DNA of 64,000 nt from assembly GCA_964365955.1 (NCBI GenBank), contig CAYISA010000001.1, positions 18,607 to 82,606 of the forward strand, read 5' to 3'. The position numbers were made by a program, and so were the translations under genes. The notes beneath the pieces were generated by a model. It ran no database searches, was not told the DNA's origin, and saw only the letters and a list, made by a program, of their open reading frames with translations. Positions 9,116 through 19,235 of this stretch are shown here, piece after piece. This stretch comes from an uncultured Candidatus Saccharibacteria bacterium. Its GTDB lineage: Bacteria; Patescibacteriota; Minisyncoccia; UBA6257; GWB1-50-10. Positions within the stretch are counted from its first letter, which is position 1. Every line of letters starts with the position of its first letter.

Positions 9116-10117
9116 GTGGTATATAATAAATGTATGAAGTGGTTTCGCGTCCTATTTTGGATTTTTGTTGCCGTTGCGGTGCTACTGGCTCTTTTCCTTG
9201 CGTTTTATAAACCATCCGAAACCGCCCGTGCCGCCGGCACGAATATCAGCGCTTTTGATAGCGAACGTTTTGCATGGAACGACATGATTGGCTGGATCGA
9301 TTTTTACGGAACCAATGCCGTGATGGTGGGGACAAGTTCCATTACGGGTTACGCGAGTTCCGCGGCGGGAATTGTCGCGCTCGACTGTTCAACCGCGCCA
9401 GGCGGCTGTGGTGCGTGGAATTATGGCGTCTGCAACGGACGCGACTTAGCCCACCAAACCAATGGAACATGCACTACGGGAAGCGACGCGGGGAGCGGGT
9501 GGCTCTCCGGATACGCCTGGAACGATCTTGCGGGCTGGATTAGTTTTAGTTGCGCGAACCGTGGTGGATATCCTTGCACGGGTGAACAAGTGCGGATTCT
9601 CCCCGATGGGACCTTTGATGGATGGGCGTGGAGCGATTCGGTTGGCTGGATCAGTTTTAACTGCGCGAACACGGCGCAAGGATGCACCTCTCCCGGGCAC
9701 GACTATAAAGTAAAAAGCACATGGACCGCCTCGAATGCAGTCGGATATTTGGAATCTTCTGTATTTGACACGCAGATCCAAGGCGGCGCCATACTGAATA
9801 GTATCCTCTGGAAAGAAGGGGCACCGTCCGTGGGCACGTGCGTAAGTTTCCAAACCGCGGGATCGAATAACCCCGCAGGACCGTGGAACTTTTCGGGTCC
9901 CAGCGGAGACAGCAACGCGTACTATGGCGCCTCGTGCGATGCGGCAAGTGGAATTGCCGGAGGAACCGGGTGCGCCCCCAAAAACACATCCATCTGTGTG
10001 AATCCCCTCTATACGCAGAACTACAGATATGTAAAATATAAGGTAAGGCTCCAAAGCGATACCGCGCAGACAACTACGCCCGTCATTACCGATATCATTT
10101 TGAACTGGAGCCGCTAA
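9116..10117 (+). CDS. secreted repeat protein with AWND.xGWIxF repeats and a conserved C-terminal module shared with the giant protein 24085..29652
   Basis: TM/signal VLFWIFVAVAVLLALFLAF. Repeats FAWNDMIGWIDF, YAWNDLAGWISFSCAN, WAWSDSVGWISFNCAN. C-terminus NYRYVKYKVRLQSDTAQTTTPVITDIILNWSR. Confidence 0.6.
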   Translation: MVYNKCMKWFRVLFWIFVAVAVLLALFLAFYKPSETARAAGTNISAFDSERFAWNDMIGWIDFYGTNAVMVGTSSITGYASSAAGIVALDCSTAPGGCGAWNYGVCNGRDLAHQTNGTCTTGSDAGSGWLSGYAWNDLAGWISFSCANRGGYPCTGEQVRILPDGTFDGWAWSDSVGWISFNCANTAQGCTSPGHDYKVKSTWTASNAVGYLESSVFDTQIQGGAILNSILWKEGAPSVGTCVSFQTAGSNNPAGPWNFSGPSGDSNAYYGASCDAASGIAGGTGCAPKNTSICVNPLYTQNYRYVKYKVRLQSDTAQTTTPVITDIILNWSR

Positions 10118-10121
10118 CACC

Positions 10122-11033
10122 ATGGCAATCCGCGAAACACAGATCGACAACAAACTGACGTGGGTGCATCTTACGTACCCGTCCCAAGAAGATTTTTCGA
10201 AACTGAAGTCTTATATCAACGCGCACCCGATCGTCTTGGACGAACTCCTCTCCGCGTCCGATCGCACACGGGTGGACACATACCCCGAGTATATTTTCAT
10301 GGTGTATCATTTCCCGATCTACGACACAAAAGAACTTTCATCGCGCCGTGCGGAAATAGACATCATCGCCTCTAAAGAAACGCTGATCACGGTTTCTTAT
10401 GAAGAGCTGGAGCCAATCCAACAATTTGAGCGGGACCTCGAAACGCGCCTCAAAAAGAAAGAGATCTCCTCTGCGGCTCATCTTCTGTACCATCTGTTAA
10501 GCGGCGTAAACGATTATTCCGTCCGCCAGCTAAAACACGTCGAAAAAAAGGTGAATTATGTAGGGGAAAAATTATTTAAACGCCAAGATCGCAAACTGCT
10601 CGAGGAAATTTCTTACATCAAGCGCGATCTACTGGAATTCTCGATTGTCGCGGTGCCACAACGGTCTACGCTTGAATCCTTGCTCCAAGTAGCGAGTGAT
10701 TTTTGGGGGCCGAGATTCCGTCCGTATTTTTTGGATCTGGTCGGAGATTTTTCCAAGATCCACTACCTTCTTGAAAATCTGAAGACGACCATTGAGTCCT
10801 ACAGCGAGACGGTATCCCAGATTTTCGGATTTAAAACGTCCGAAATTATCCGCCGCTTTTCCATTTTGGGATTCCTTACGTTCCCCCTAATCCTCTATGC
10901 CACCATCGCCCTCCAGCCGAAAGTTGAGGCGGGGATCATCAACACCGCGAACGATTTTTGGATTCAATTCGGCGTTATCGCGGTTATCATCGTGACCGCC
11001 GCTTTCTTCTTTCGAAAAAAGGGGTGGCTCTAA
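10122..11033 (+). CDS. CorA-like divalent cation transporter family protein lacking the canonical GMN motif
   Basis: N-terminal cytoplasmic pattern (WVHLTYPSQEDFSKLKSYINAHPIVLDELL..DRTRVDTYPEYIFMVYHFP) and two C-terminal TM helices ending FFFRKKGWL, typical of CorA. YATIALQPK replaces GxYGMNF. Confidence 0.55.
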   Translation: MAIRETQIDNKLTWVHLTYPSQEDFSKLKSYINAHPIVLDELLSASDRTRVDTYPEYIFMVYHFPIYDTKELSSRRAEIDIIASKETLITVSYEELEPIQQFERDLETRLKKKEISSAAHLLYHLLSGVNDYSVRQLKHVEKKVNYVGEKLFKRQDRKLLEEISYIKRDLLEFSIVAVPQRSTLESLLQVASDFWGPRFRPYFLDLVGDFSKIHYLLENLKTTIESYSETVSQIFGFKTSEIIRRFSILGFLTFPLILYATIALQPKVEAGIINTANDFWIQFGVIAVIIVTAAFFFRKKGWL

Positions 11034-11036
11034 TCT

Positions 11037-12431
11037 ATGCGGATCTATAACACGCTTTCGGGAGAAAAGGACGAACTTGAGCGGCCGAAAGGTGCGCTCA
11101 AGCTTTTTGTCTGCGGTCCTACCGTCTATGACTATATCCACCTAGGGAACGCGCTCACCTATGTTTCCTTTGATCTTTTTGCTCGCTATCTGAAATCCCA
11201 GGGATTCAGGGTTTTTTTTCTCGAAAACATAACCGATATCGATGATAAAATAATCCAAAAAGCCGAAGAAGAAAAGAAAACTCCAAGTGCAATCGCCGAT
11301 TTTTACCGTAGAGAATTTCTAAAAGACGTGAAAGCGTTGGGCATCGACACCGTGACTCGTTATGCGTCTGCAACGGATTTTATTCCGGAAATCGTAAAAC
11401 AAGTAAACGTTCTTTTAAAAAAGGGTTTTTCCTATAAAATCGAAGGCGACGGATACTATTTCGATATCTCGAAATTCTCTGACTACGGAAAACTTTCCAA
11501 GCGAACGGTTGCCCAAGCGGAGGATGGAGTTTCGCGCATTGACGAGAGTGTTCGAAAAAAAAATAAGGGTGATTTTTGCGTCTGGAAATTTTATTCTGAA
11601 GATCCCGCGGAACCGTATTGGGAAACAGAGATCGGGCGTGGCCGGCCGGGCTGGCACATTGAAGACACTGCAATCACCGAGAAATTCTTCGGCCCCCAAT
11701 ATGACATCCACGGCGGCGGAATTGATCTAAAGTTTCCGCATCATGAGGCGGAAATCGCCCAGCAGGAAGCTGCTTCGGGGAAAATTCCTTTTGTAAAGAT
11801 CTGGATGCATGGGGGGCTTCTAAACGTGGAGGGGAAAAAAATGTCAAAAAGTCTAGGCAATTTTATAACCGCTCGGGATTTTCTGAAAAAATATCCTCCG
11901 CAGCTTTTCCGCTGGATGGTTTTGAACCACCACTACCGGTCGCCACTGAACTACACGCTGGAGCTGGTTGAACAGGCAAAACAAAACATTGAAACCATAA
12001 AAACATTTTTGGAAAAACTGGTCTTTGTAGAAAAAAAATCCCGCGCTTCTAAAATCTCGGAAGTCGCGAAACTCACAAAAAAAGCGCAGACGGAAATAGA
12101 CGGCGCGCTGGACGACGACTTCAATACTCCGGTAGCGATTGCGGCATTTTTTGAATTTATGGGAGAAATCGAGAAGCGCATTTGGAATCTTTCCTCTTCC
12201 GACGCCAAACTAGCGGTTTCTTTTTCCTTACAAAACTTCGAGAATCTTGGATTTTCTTTCTCCGGCTCAAAAATTCCCCTCAAAATACGTCTTCTTACAC
12301 AGAAACGCGAGTTATCAAGAGCCCGTAAACAGTTTGTTCAATCTGATGACTTGAGAAAAGAAATCCATCGTTTAGGATACATTCTAGAAGACACGCCCTA
12401 CGGACCTTTCGTGCGGAAAGAAATAAAATAA
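11037..12431 (+). CDS. cysS: cysteine--tRNA ligase
   Basis: HIGH-type motif ([15 protein letters not shown]), KMSKS motif (KMSKSLGNF), 464 aa. Confidence 0.9.
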   Translation: MRIYNTLSGEKDELERPKGALKLFVCGPTVYDYIHLGNALTYVSFDLFARYLKSQGFRVFFLENITDIDDKIIQKAEEEKKTPSAIADFYRREFLKDVKALGIDTVTRYASATDFIPEIVKQVNVLLKKGFSYKIEGDGYYFDISKFSDYGKLSKRTVAQAEDGVSRIDESVRKKNKGDFCVWKFYSEDPAEPYWETEIGRGRPGWHIEDTAITEKFFGPQYDIHGGGIDLKFPHHEAEIAQQEAASGKIPFVKIWMHGGLLNVEGKKMSKSLGNFITARDFLKKYPPQLFRWMVLNHHYRSPLNYTLELVEQAKQNIETIKTFLEKLVFVEKKSRASKISEVAKLTKKAQTEIDGALDDDFNTPVAIAAFFEFMGEIEKRIWNLSSSDAKLAVSFSLQNFENLGFSFSGSKIPLKIRLLTQKRELSRARKQFVQSDDLRKEIHRLGYILEDTPYGPFVRKEIK

Positions 12432-12454
12432 ACGGCGCGCGCTTCCTGGAATCT

Positions 12455-13813
12455 ATGCCGAAATTATCACTTAAAGTCCCTCCTCATGATTTGGAGGCAG
12501 AGCGTTCCGTGTTGGGCGCTTTGATGCTCGACAAAAACGCCGTCGTCCGCGTGGCGGATATTCTGCATCCCACGGATTTTTATCATCCCCAGCATCAGAT
12601 TATCTACGAAGCAATTTTGGATCTTTTCGAGCGCAGTGAACCCATCGATGTACTAACGGTCACACAAAAACTGAAGGGGGGTAAGAAACTAAAAGAGATC
12701 GGCGGCGGAGATTATTTGGCAGAAATTATTTCCAGCGTTCCGACGTCTGCACACGTGGAACATTATGCGACGATTGTGAAAGAAAAGCGCGTACGCCGAG
12801 AATTATTGCACGCAGCGTCCGAAATTAACGAAGACGCTTTTGACGCGGACGACTTCGAAGAATTGTTGGACGGAGTAGAACATAAAATTTTCACTATTTC
12901 CCAACGCTCGCGCCCGCAACGGTTCACCGCCATCAAACAAGAACTCGGCGCCGCCTATGAGCGCTTCGAAAAACTCCACCACGGAGAAAAAAATGTCTTG
13001 CGCGGCGTTCCCACCTATTTTACAAAACTCGACCAGATGCTCTCGGGTCTGCAACACTCCGATATGATCATCGTGGGCGCGCGCCCCTCGGTAGGAAAAA
13101 CTTCGCTGGTTCTTGATATCGCCCGCGAAGTGGGACTCCACGGAAAAACAGTCGGGTTTTTTTCGCTCGAAATGTCCAAAGATCAGGTGGTGGATCGTTT
13201 GATCGCCGGACAAGCCCAAGTGTCCCTGTGGCGCATGCGTTCCGGACAGCTCCGTGATGAGTTGGAATTCCAGCTAGTACAGCAAGCACTGGACCAGCTT
13301 TCGAAGGCCTCAATTTTCATCGACGATACGCCCTCTATGAACATCCTTCAGATCCGTTCCATGGCGCGGCGCCTTCAAATGGAACACGGACTTGATCTCT
13401 TGATTATCGACTATCTGCAGCTCATCCAACCGCGAACCTCAAGCGACAACGTGGTTCAGCAAATCACGGAAATATCGCGCGGCATCAAAACGATTGCCCG
13501 TGAGCTTGCCGTGCCGGTTTTGATTGTGTCCCAGCTCTCGCGCGAAATGGAACGCCGCGAAGTAAAAATACCAAAGCTTTCCGACCTGCGGGATAGCGGA
13601 TCGTTGGAACAAGATGCGGATGTAGTAATCTTCATCGCGCGCAAAGATAACCCGGAAGGGCTCCCTGAAAACAATATTATGAACATTATCATCGCGAAAC
13701 ACCGCAACGGTCCCGTGGGATCCATTGAACTCCGTTTTGACAGCGATAAAACCAGTTTCAAAAATATCGACACCCTGCACTCGGCTCCCGAAGCAGAAAT
13801 CGGAATGTCATGA
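12455..13813 (+). CDS. dnaB: replicative DNA helicase DnaB
   Basis: N-terminal DnaB domain (ERSVLGALMLD), Walker A GARPSVGKTSLVLDIA, 452 aa. Stop overlaps the recR start (ATGA). Confidence 0.9.
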   Translation: MPKLSLKVPPHDLEAERSVLGALMLDKNAVVRVADILHPTDFYHPQHQIIYEAILDLFERSEPIDVLTVTQKLKGGKKLKEIGGGDYLAEIISSVPTSAHVEHYATIVKEKRVRRELLHAASEINEDAFDADDFEELLDGVEHKIFTISQRSRPQRFTAIKQELGAAYERFEKLHHGEKNVLRGVPTYFTKLDQMLSGLQHSDMIIVGARPSVGKTSLVLDIAREVGLHGKTVGFFSLEMSKDQVVDRLIAGQAQVSLWRMRSGQLRDELEFQLVQQALDQLSKASIFIDDTPSMNILQIRSMARRLQMEHGLDLLIIDYLQLIQPRTSSDNVVQQITEISRGIKTIARELAVPVLIVSQLSREMERREVKIPKLSDLRDSGSLEQDADVVIFIARKDNPEGLPENNIMNIIIAKHRNGPVGSIELRFDSDKTSFKNIDTLHSAPEAEIGMS

Positions 13814-14409
13814 CACCGGACCCCATCAAAAAATTTATTGAAGTATTTTCCCGCCTGCCCGCGATCGGACCCCGGCTTGCAACCCGCCTTGCGTTCCATC
13901 TGACAACACTTGATCGCCAGGAACTCCACGCACTCGCGGTTGCTGTGAATAATCTGAAGGGTCTCACGCGGTGTGAGCGCTGTTTTTTTCTGAAAAGCGG
14001 AACGCAGAAACCATGTTCGTTTTGCGCCGACACGACGCGCGACGCAATGCTTATCGCCATCGTGGAAAAAGATACGGATATACTCGCACTTGAAACTACC
14101 GGCCGCTTTAAGGGTCAGTATTTGGTACTCGGAGAGCTTCCGGAACGAGGCGTGCTTGAGAGTTCCCATAAACTCCGTTTGCGGGCGCTGAAAGATCGAA
14201 TTCAAAAAGAATTAAAGGGGAAGGCAAAAGAAATCATTGTGGCGGTAAATCCGACAACCTTTGGTGATTTTGTCGTAGACACCGTCGGCCAGGAATTTAA
14301 AACTCTTGCGGAGCGTGTAACCAGACTCGGACGTGGTATCCCCACGGGTGGAGAAATCGAATTTGCAGACGAAGAAACTCTGCGATCCGCATTAGAACGA
14401 AGAAACTAA
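13810..14409 (+). CDS. recR: recombination protein RecR
   Basis: HhH region, C4 zinc finger (CERCFF...CSFC), Toprim domain, 199 aa. Confidence 0.9.
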   Translation: MTPDPIKKFIEVFSRLPAIGPRLATRLAFHLTTLDRQELHALAVAVNNLKGLTRCERCFFLKSGTQKPCSFCADTTRDAMLIAIVEKDTDILALETTGRFKGQYLVLGELPERGVLESSHKLRLRALKDRIQKELKGKAKEIIVAVNPTTFGDFVVDTVGQEFKTLAERVTRLGRGIPTGGEIEFADEETLRSALERRN

Positions 14410-14457
14410 GTGATTGACACTAGAAAATAAAATAAGCGACTCCTTGGGGGTCGCTTA

Positions 14458-14781
14458 TTAAATTTTTGTAATCTCAACTTCGGAAAAATCCTGGCGGTGG
14501 GTATTGAATTTGCGATAGCGGGTTTTGGGGTGATAGCGAAACACGATTTTTTTGGGCGTGCGTGCATTTTTCAAAATCTTTGCTTCAACTTTTGCACCTG
14601 CAACATATGGCGTTCCCACGGTCACTTTTTCCCCGTCCGCAACCAACAGCACCTTATCGAAAACAACGGAAGAGCCCTCCGCTACCGGGAGTCTCTCTGC
14701 TAAAATCCGTTCCACCGGAAGTTTGGTTCCTTTTGAAACCTTATATTGTTTTCCGCCCGTCTCAATAACTGCAAATTGCAT
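14458..14781 (-). CDS. rplU: 50S ribosomal protein L21
   Basis: MQFAVIETGGKQYKVSKGTKL N-terminus typical of bL21. Start taken at the internal ATG at 14781; the track ORF runs to 14886 and carries a spurious 35-aa extension. Confidence 0.85.
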   Translation of the reverse strand: MQFAVIETGGKQYKVSKGTKLPVERILAERLPVAEGSSVVFDKVLLVADGEKVTVGTPYVAGAKVEAKILKNARTPKKIVFRYHPKTRYRKFNTHRQDFSEVEITKI

Positions 14782-14896
14782 AACAAAATAGAGTGTATCA
14801 GGGAAAATCTTTTTTGCAAGCCAAACAAAAACCGCCCCTTTGCCCTTCGCCAACCGGCGAAAAAGAGGAGCGGTTTTTTGCTTCAAATCTAAAAGT

Positions 14897-15580
14897 TTAG
14901 TGTTGTTCCATTCTGTCTTTCATGCGACCGATAAGCGTGCCGGCGTAATCCTTGCCGCCCAAACCAAACGCAATACCGCCCGCAATCGCGAACATCGCGA
15001 CAAACCCCGTCACTAAGGACTGGATAATCGCCACCGCAACGCCGAGCTGCGTAAGCATCGCAAGGAAACCAAAGACCACCACTGACCACCACGTGACCGA
15101 TCCCAAGAAATGCGCTCCGTGAAACTTTGTGCTTTTAACCGACGCCTGAACCAGGCGCTTCAAAAAGTTCGCGAATACGAATGCCGCGAGCATAATGAGC
15201 ACCGCTACAATCACATTCGGGATATAGATAAGCACTTCTTTAAGGAATGTTGAAAGCGAGTAGAACCCTAAAATGTCCGTCGCCGCAAGAAGGAAGACTA
15301 CCACCAGAAACCAATAAACAATTCTTCCAAAAAACTTGCCGCTGTTCAGATTCAGGCCCGCGCGATCAAAATATTCCTTTAGCCCTAAACTCATAAGCCC
15401 CTTGTCGAGTTTGATCAACGTGATCACTTTCTCTACAAGCGTCGCAAGCCCGCTCGCTACGATAAGACCCACAATAAGGACAATGAGCGCCCCAATAATG
15501 TTCCCGAGCGTCATAAAAAACCCTGTCCAGAGATTCTGGAGTGATGAAACCACTACCTGTGTCCAATCTTGAATAAGCAT
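14897..15580 (-). CDS. polytopic membrane protein (conserved-TM-helix repeat / MscS-N-terminal-like)
   Basis: Six or more hydrophobic helices, no soluble domain. 227 aa. Confidence 0.45.
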   Translation of the reverse strand: MLIQDWTQVVVSSLQNLWTGFFMTLGNIIGALIVLIVGLIVASGLATLVEKVITLIKLDKGLMSLGLKEYFDRAGLNLNSGKFFGRIVYWFLVVVFLLAATDILGFYSLSTFLKEVLIYIPNVIVAVLIMLAAFVFANFLKRLVQASVKSTKFHGAHFLGSVTWWSVVVFGFLAMLTQLGVAVAIIQSLVTGFVAMFAIAGGIAFGLGGKDYAGTLIGRMKDRMEQH

Positions 15581-15619
15581 GTTGAAATGATAAGCTGATT
15601 GAATTCTCGACCTTTTTAG

Positions 15620-16084
15620 GTGATTCCATTATACCACACGCTTTTCATGAAACCAAAAAACAACCTCCCTCTGTACACCAGCACCTTTGTTTTGCTGTTT
15701 TTGCACTTTGGTGGAGTCATTTTTCACTGGTATAACACTTTTTATTCCTTTGATAAAATTGTCCACGTGGCCGGTGGATTCTGGATAGCTCAAATTATCC
15801 TTTTATTGTCCACAAAACACCAAACCGTTGCCTTCCCGAAAGATAAATTTATGAGGGCGTGTATCCTACTTATCAGTATGGCGGTGCTGGTGGGAGTTTT
15901 TTGGGAATTTTTTGAAGTCTTCGTTGGTAAAATAAGCATACTCCGGTACGGTACGGGCATAGAAAATCACCTCGCGCCCACCGATACCGCTTTTGATCTT
16001 TTTTTTGATTTTCTAGGGGCCACGCTTGCCGCCATCATCTTTCTTCCAAAAAAGAACGGCTCAACTAGTTCGTCTGGAGAATAA
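15620..16084 (+). CDS. hypothetical membrane protein
   Basis: 4-5 predicted TM helices. Start may be the internal MKPKNN at 15647. Confidence 0.4.
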   Translation: MIPLYHTLFMKPKNNLPLYTSTFVLLFLHFGGVIFHWYNTFYSFDKIVHVAGGFWIAQIILLLSTKHQTVAFPKDKFMRACILLISMAVLVGVFWEFFEVFVGKISILRYGTGIENHLAPTDTAFDLFFDFLGATLAAIIFLPKKNGSTSSSGE

Positions 16085-16694
16085 TCGCGCCTGTGGACGA
16101 GGTGTAATCAATACTCGAGGAGGTAGCGAATGTGCTGGTCGTACCCGTTACCACCTGTTCCCCCACTGGACCGGTGGACCAATCCGTCTGTGTATACACA
16201 TTGTTCAGAAAACGGGAAAGATAGATCGTCTGCGAAGACGAGTCCGAGGTCCCTTCAAGATCCGTCCAACTCACCGTGATAATTGCTTTAAGTGTTGAGG
16301 GATCATAATATCCGCCGCTTGTCACAATATCTCCCGTTGAAGTTGAGCGATAAATGGGGCTAAGAGAAAACGAATGGGTGTAGGTGATGTTATTTAAAGG
16401 TGTTGTCGCGGTTCCCGCCGAACCATACACAATCCACTTCCCCGCGCTCGTTGTCGTAAAATACGCCGTGCTTGTCGCAAGGCCGCTAATATTATGCCAA
16501 TCCTCGCGCGCGATAGCGCGGAGCGCTTCAAGTTCTTCTTTCGCCAAAAATGCTCCCGCCCCTGCAGCACGCGTCTGGGGTACCGCCCGCAAAGATATCG
16601 AGGAAATGGAAGCTACGGATAGGCTGACGAGCACTAAAATAAGTGATGCGATAAGGATTTCCACAAGCACTTGACCGTTTTTTTTGTTTCCCAT
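16065..16694 (-). CDS. pseudopilin (type IV pilin-like, non-canonical GQVLVE N-terminus)
   Basis: N-terminus KKNGQVLVEILIASLILVLVSL has Gly and Glu+5 spacing of a class III signal. Thr/Ser-rich C-terminal part. Confidence 0.55.
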   Translation of the reverse strand: MGNKKNGQVLVEILIASLILVLVSLSVASISSISLRAVPQTRAAGAGAFLAKEELEALRAIAREDWHNISGLATSTAYFTTTSAGKWIVYGSAGTATTPLNNITYTHSFSLSPIYRSTSTGDIVTSGGYYDPSTLKAIITVSWTDLEGTSDSSSQTIYLSRFLNNVYTQTDWSTGPVGEQVVTGTTSTFATSSSIDYTSSTGAIILQTN

Positions 16695-16773
16695 ACCCTT
16701 TTCAATCTATACTACCACACATAGAATTATCCACACATTCCTTTTCTATTCTCAAAGAATGGAGCTATACTAA

Positions 16774-17439
16774 ATGCATCATTACAAGGTCGATTTAACT
16801 TTTCCTTTATTGATCATGTTAAAAACACAAGAAAAGAGGGGGTTTACGCTTATTGAGCTGATTATTTCCATCGCGATTTTGGCAATTTTAGTCGCGGTTC
16901 TGGTAGTCGCAATCAACCCCGCTGAACAGCTGGCACGCTCCCGAGACGCAAAACGCGTTGCAGACCTTGATGCATTGAAATCTGCTTTAAACTTGTATCT
17001 TGCGACCGCCACGACAACCGTAAACTTGGATGGACAGGGAACCGCGAATACGCTCTGTTCCGGTGGAGGCGGGGCCGACACTATTTTCTTTAATAGCACA
17101 GCCGGAGCGACAACCAGCGGTGCATATGACGTGGGTCATACGTGGGTTGCGAAATCAGCAAGCTCGGGCCAGGCTATCGGAGCGTCGGGCTGGTTACCGG
17201 CACGTTTTGATTGGACGCCCGGAGGTTCTCCGATCTCCAACCTTCCGCTTGATCCAACAACTCCGGGAGGAGATTCCACCTATTTCTATTCCTATGCGTG
17301 TGAATCAACCAACAAACAATTTAAGTTGACCGCAAGACTCGAAAGCACTTATTTTGCGAGCGATCTGAACCTTGATGGAAATGACGGCGGAGCAACCTCC
17401 TCACTTTACGAAGTGGGAAGCAATCTTACGACGCTCTAA
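16774..17439 (+). CDS. type IV pilin (candidate major pilin of cluster 1)
   Basis: KRGFTLIELIISIAILAILVAVLV class III prepilin signal. Probable start MLKTQEKRGF at 16819. Strong terminator follows. Confidence 0.8.
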   Translation: MHHYKVDLTFPLLIMLKTQEKRGFTLIELIISIAILAILVAVLVVAINPAEQLARSRDAKRVADLDALKSALNLYLATATTTVNLDGQGTANTLCSGGGGADTIFFNSTAGATTSGAYDVGHTWVAKSASSGQAIGASGWLPARFDWTPGGSPISNLPLDPTTPGGDSTYFYSYACESTNKQFKLTARLESTYFASDLNLDGNDGGATSSLYEVGSNLTTL

Positions 17440-17464
17440 CCATTTGGACGGCGTGTTTGTTCTG

Positions 17465-17497
17465 AAAAACCCCCACCTGTGGGGGTTTTTGTTTTCG
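17465..17497 (+). terminator. rho-independent terminator (aaaaacccccacctgtgggggttttt)
   Basis: Perfect GC hairpin plus T-tract directly after the pilin gene. Confidence 0.75.
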
Positions 17498-17519
17498 TAA
17501 AATGCTAAAATAAACACAT

Positions 17520-19229
17520 ATGGCAATCACGCTCGGAAAGATAACAGATCTACTTGTAAAAGAGGGGGTGGTAAAAAAGGAAGAGGTTGCGACATTAGAA
17601 GAAGAAGCGAAACAGTTGGGCGCGACATTTTCGCGGTACTTAATCTCGCAGGGACGGCTTACCGAAAAACGGCTGAATGAAATCATCAGTACGTTTTTGA
17701 ATGTCCCTATTTTTGACATTAAGGAGCGAGCACTGAAGCCGGAATTTGTGGAACTGCTTCCGGAAGCGATCGCGCGCCAGCGTCAACTGCTTATTGTAGA
17801 CGCCGATCAGAAGAAAAAAACGTACTCGGTCGCGATGACGGACCCCACGGACATCGACACTCTTACCTTTCTTGCAGAATACCTGAACGGAACGATTGAC
17901 CCTTACCTCATTTCGTCCGAGGATCTGCGATTCGGGTTTCGTATTTACAAAAAAAAGTCCTCCGCCGAATTCCAAAAAATCATCAATGAGCGCATCAAAG
18001 AGCTCCGCACAACACTGAAGCGCGGTGCGGAAGGGAACATCCTCGAAAATGTTCCGCTGGTTCAACTTTTTGACGCGGTCATGGATTATGCGGCTATTTT
18101 GGATGCCTCGGATATTTATTTTCAGCCCGAAGAAGAACTCTTAAGAATCCGCTTCCGTGTGGATGGACTCTTGCGGGATATTTTTATAACGGATAAGGCG
18201 ATTAACGACGGAATTATTGCGCGCGCCAAGACACTTTCGGCACTGCGTATTGACGAACACGTGAAACCCCAGGACGGACGCTTCCGGTTCCGAACGAGCG
18301 ATACCGATCTGGATATCCGCGTTGCCATCATGCCGACATTTTTTGGCGAGAAACTGACACTCCGCCTTTTGGCGGGATCGCAATCGTTCCTCACCTTTGA
18401 AGAATTGGGTGTGAGCGATGTGATGGCTCAAAAACTCTATCAGACCGTCAAGCGCCCCTACGGAATGCTCTTGAGCGCCGGTCCTACCGGCTCCGGAAAG
18501 ACGACAACTATTTACAGTATTCTGACTCTTCTGAACCGACCCGAGGTTCATATCGCAACCATCGAAGATCCTATTGAATACATGATTCCGAACGTAAGCC
18601 AAACACAGGTGAATGTACAGGCAAATATTACGTTTGCGTCCGGGCTCCGCGCGCTCCTACGCCACAGTCCCGACGTTATTTTGATCGGTGAAACGCGCGA
18701 CGCGGAAACGGCCTCTATTTCAATTAATGCGGCGCTGACCGGCCATCTTTTGATTTCGAGCATCCACACCAATAATGCCCCGAGCGCGGTGGTGCGACTC
18801 CTGGACCTTGGCATTCCGTCTTTCCTTATAGCATCTACTTTGAACGCGGTGGTGGCACAACGCCTGGGAAGAAAAATCTGCCAGAACTGCATTGAGTCGT
18901 ATCCCACGCCTCCCAGCATCGCGAAACAGATACAAGAAGAGTTTGCGCGAGCGGGTAAAAAGAATCCGCCTCCCAAAAAACTCTACCGCGGAAAAGGATG
19001 CACAATCTGCGATAACACGGGGTACAAGGGTCGCACTGGTATTTTCGAAATTTTGGTCGTGAGCGAGAAAATTCGCGACATCATCGCAGGAACCCATTTC
19101 ACGCTCGACTCGCTTTCGGAAATGGCACGCGCGGAAGGAATGACCACGATGTTTGAAGACGGACTCGAAAAAGTGGAGCGCGGCGTTACCACTATTGAAG
19201 AACTATTCCGCATCATGAGCGCGGAATAA
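17520..19229 (+). CDS. pilB: type IV pilus assembly ATPase PilB/GspE (copy 1)
   Basis: N-terminal GspII-like domain, Walker A LSAGPTGSGKTTT, Asp/His boxes, tetra-Cys (CQNC...CTIC). 569 aa. Confidence 0.9.
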   Translation: MAITLGKITDLLVKEGVVKKEEVATLEEEAKQLGATFSRYLISQGRLTEKRLNEIISTFLNVPIFDIKERALKPEFVELLPEAIARQRQLLIVDADQKKKTYSVAMTDPTDIDTLTFLAEYLNGTIDPYLISSEDLRFGFRIYKKKSSAEFQKIINERIKELRTTLKRGAEGNILENVPLVQLFDAVMDYAAILDASDIYFQPEEELLRIRFRVDGLLRDIFITDKAINDGIIARAKTLSALRIDEHVKPQDGRFRFRTSDTDLDIRVAIMPTFFGEKLTLRLLAGSQSFLTFEELGVSDVMAQKLYQTVKRPYGMLLSAGPTGSGKTTTIYSILTLLNRPEVHIATIEDPIEYMIPNVSQTQVNVQANITFASGLRALLRHSPDVILIGETRDAETASISINAALTGHLLISSIHTNNAPSAVVRLLDLGIPSFLIASTLNAVVAQRLGRKICQNCIESYPTPPSIAKQIQEEFARAGKKNPPPKKLYRGKGCTICDNTGYKGRTGIFEILVVSEKIRDIIAGTHFTLDSLSEMARAEGMTTMFEDGLEKVERGVTTIEELFRIMSAE

Positions 19230-19235
19230 TAACTC

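Noticed and set aside
14782-14886. 35-aa N-terminal extension of rplU (MKQKTAPLFRRLAKGKGAVFVWLAKK...)
   Set aside because: bL21 homology starts at MQFAVIETGG. The extension has no counterpart in L21 proteins.
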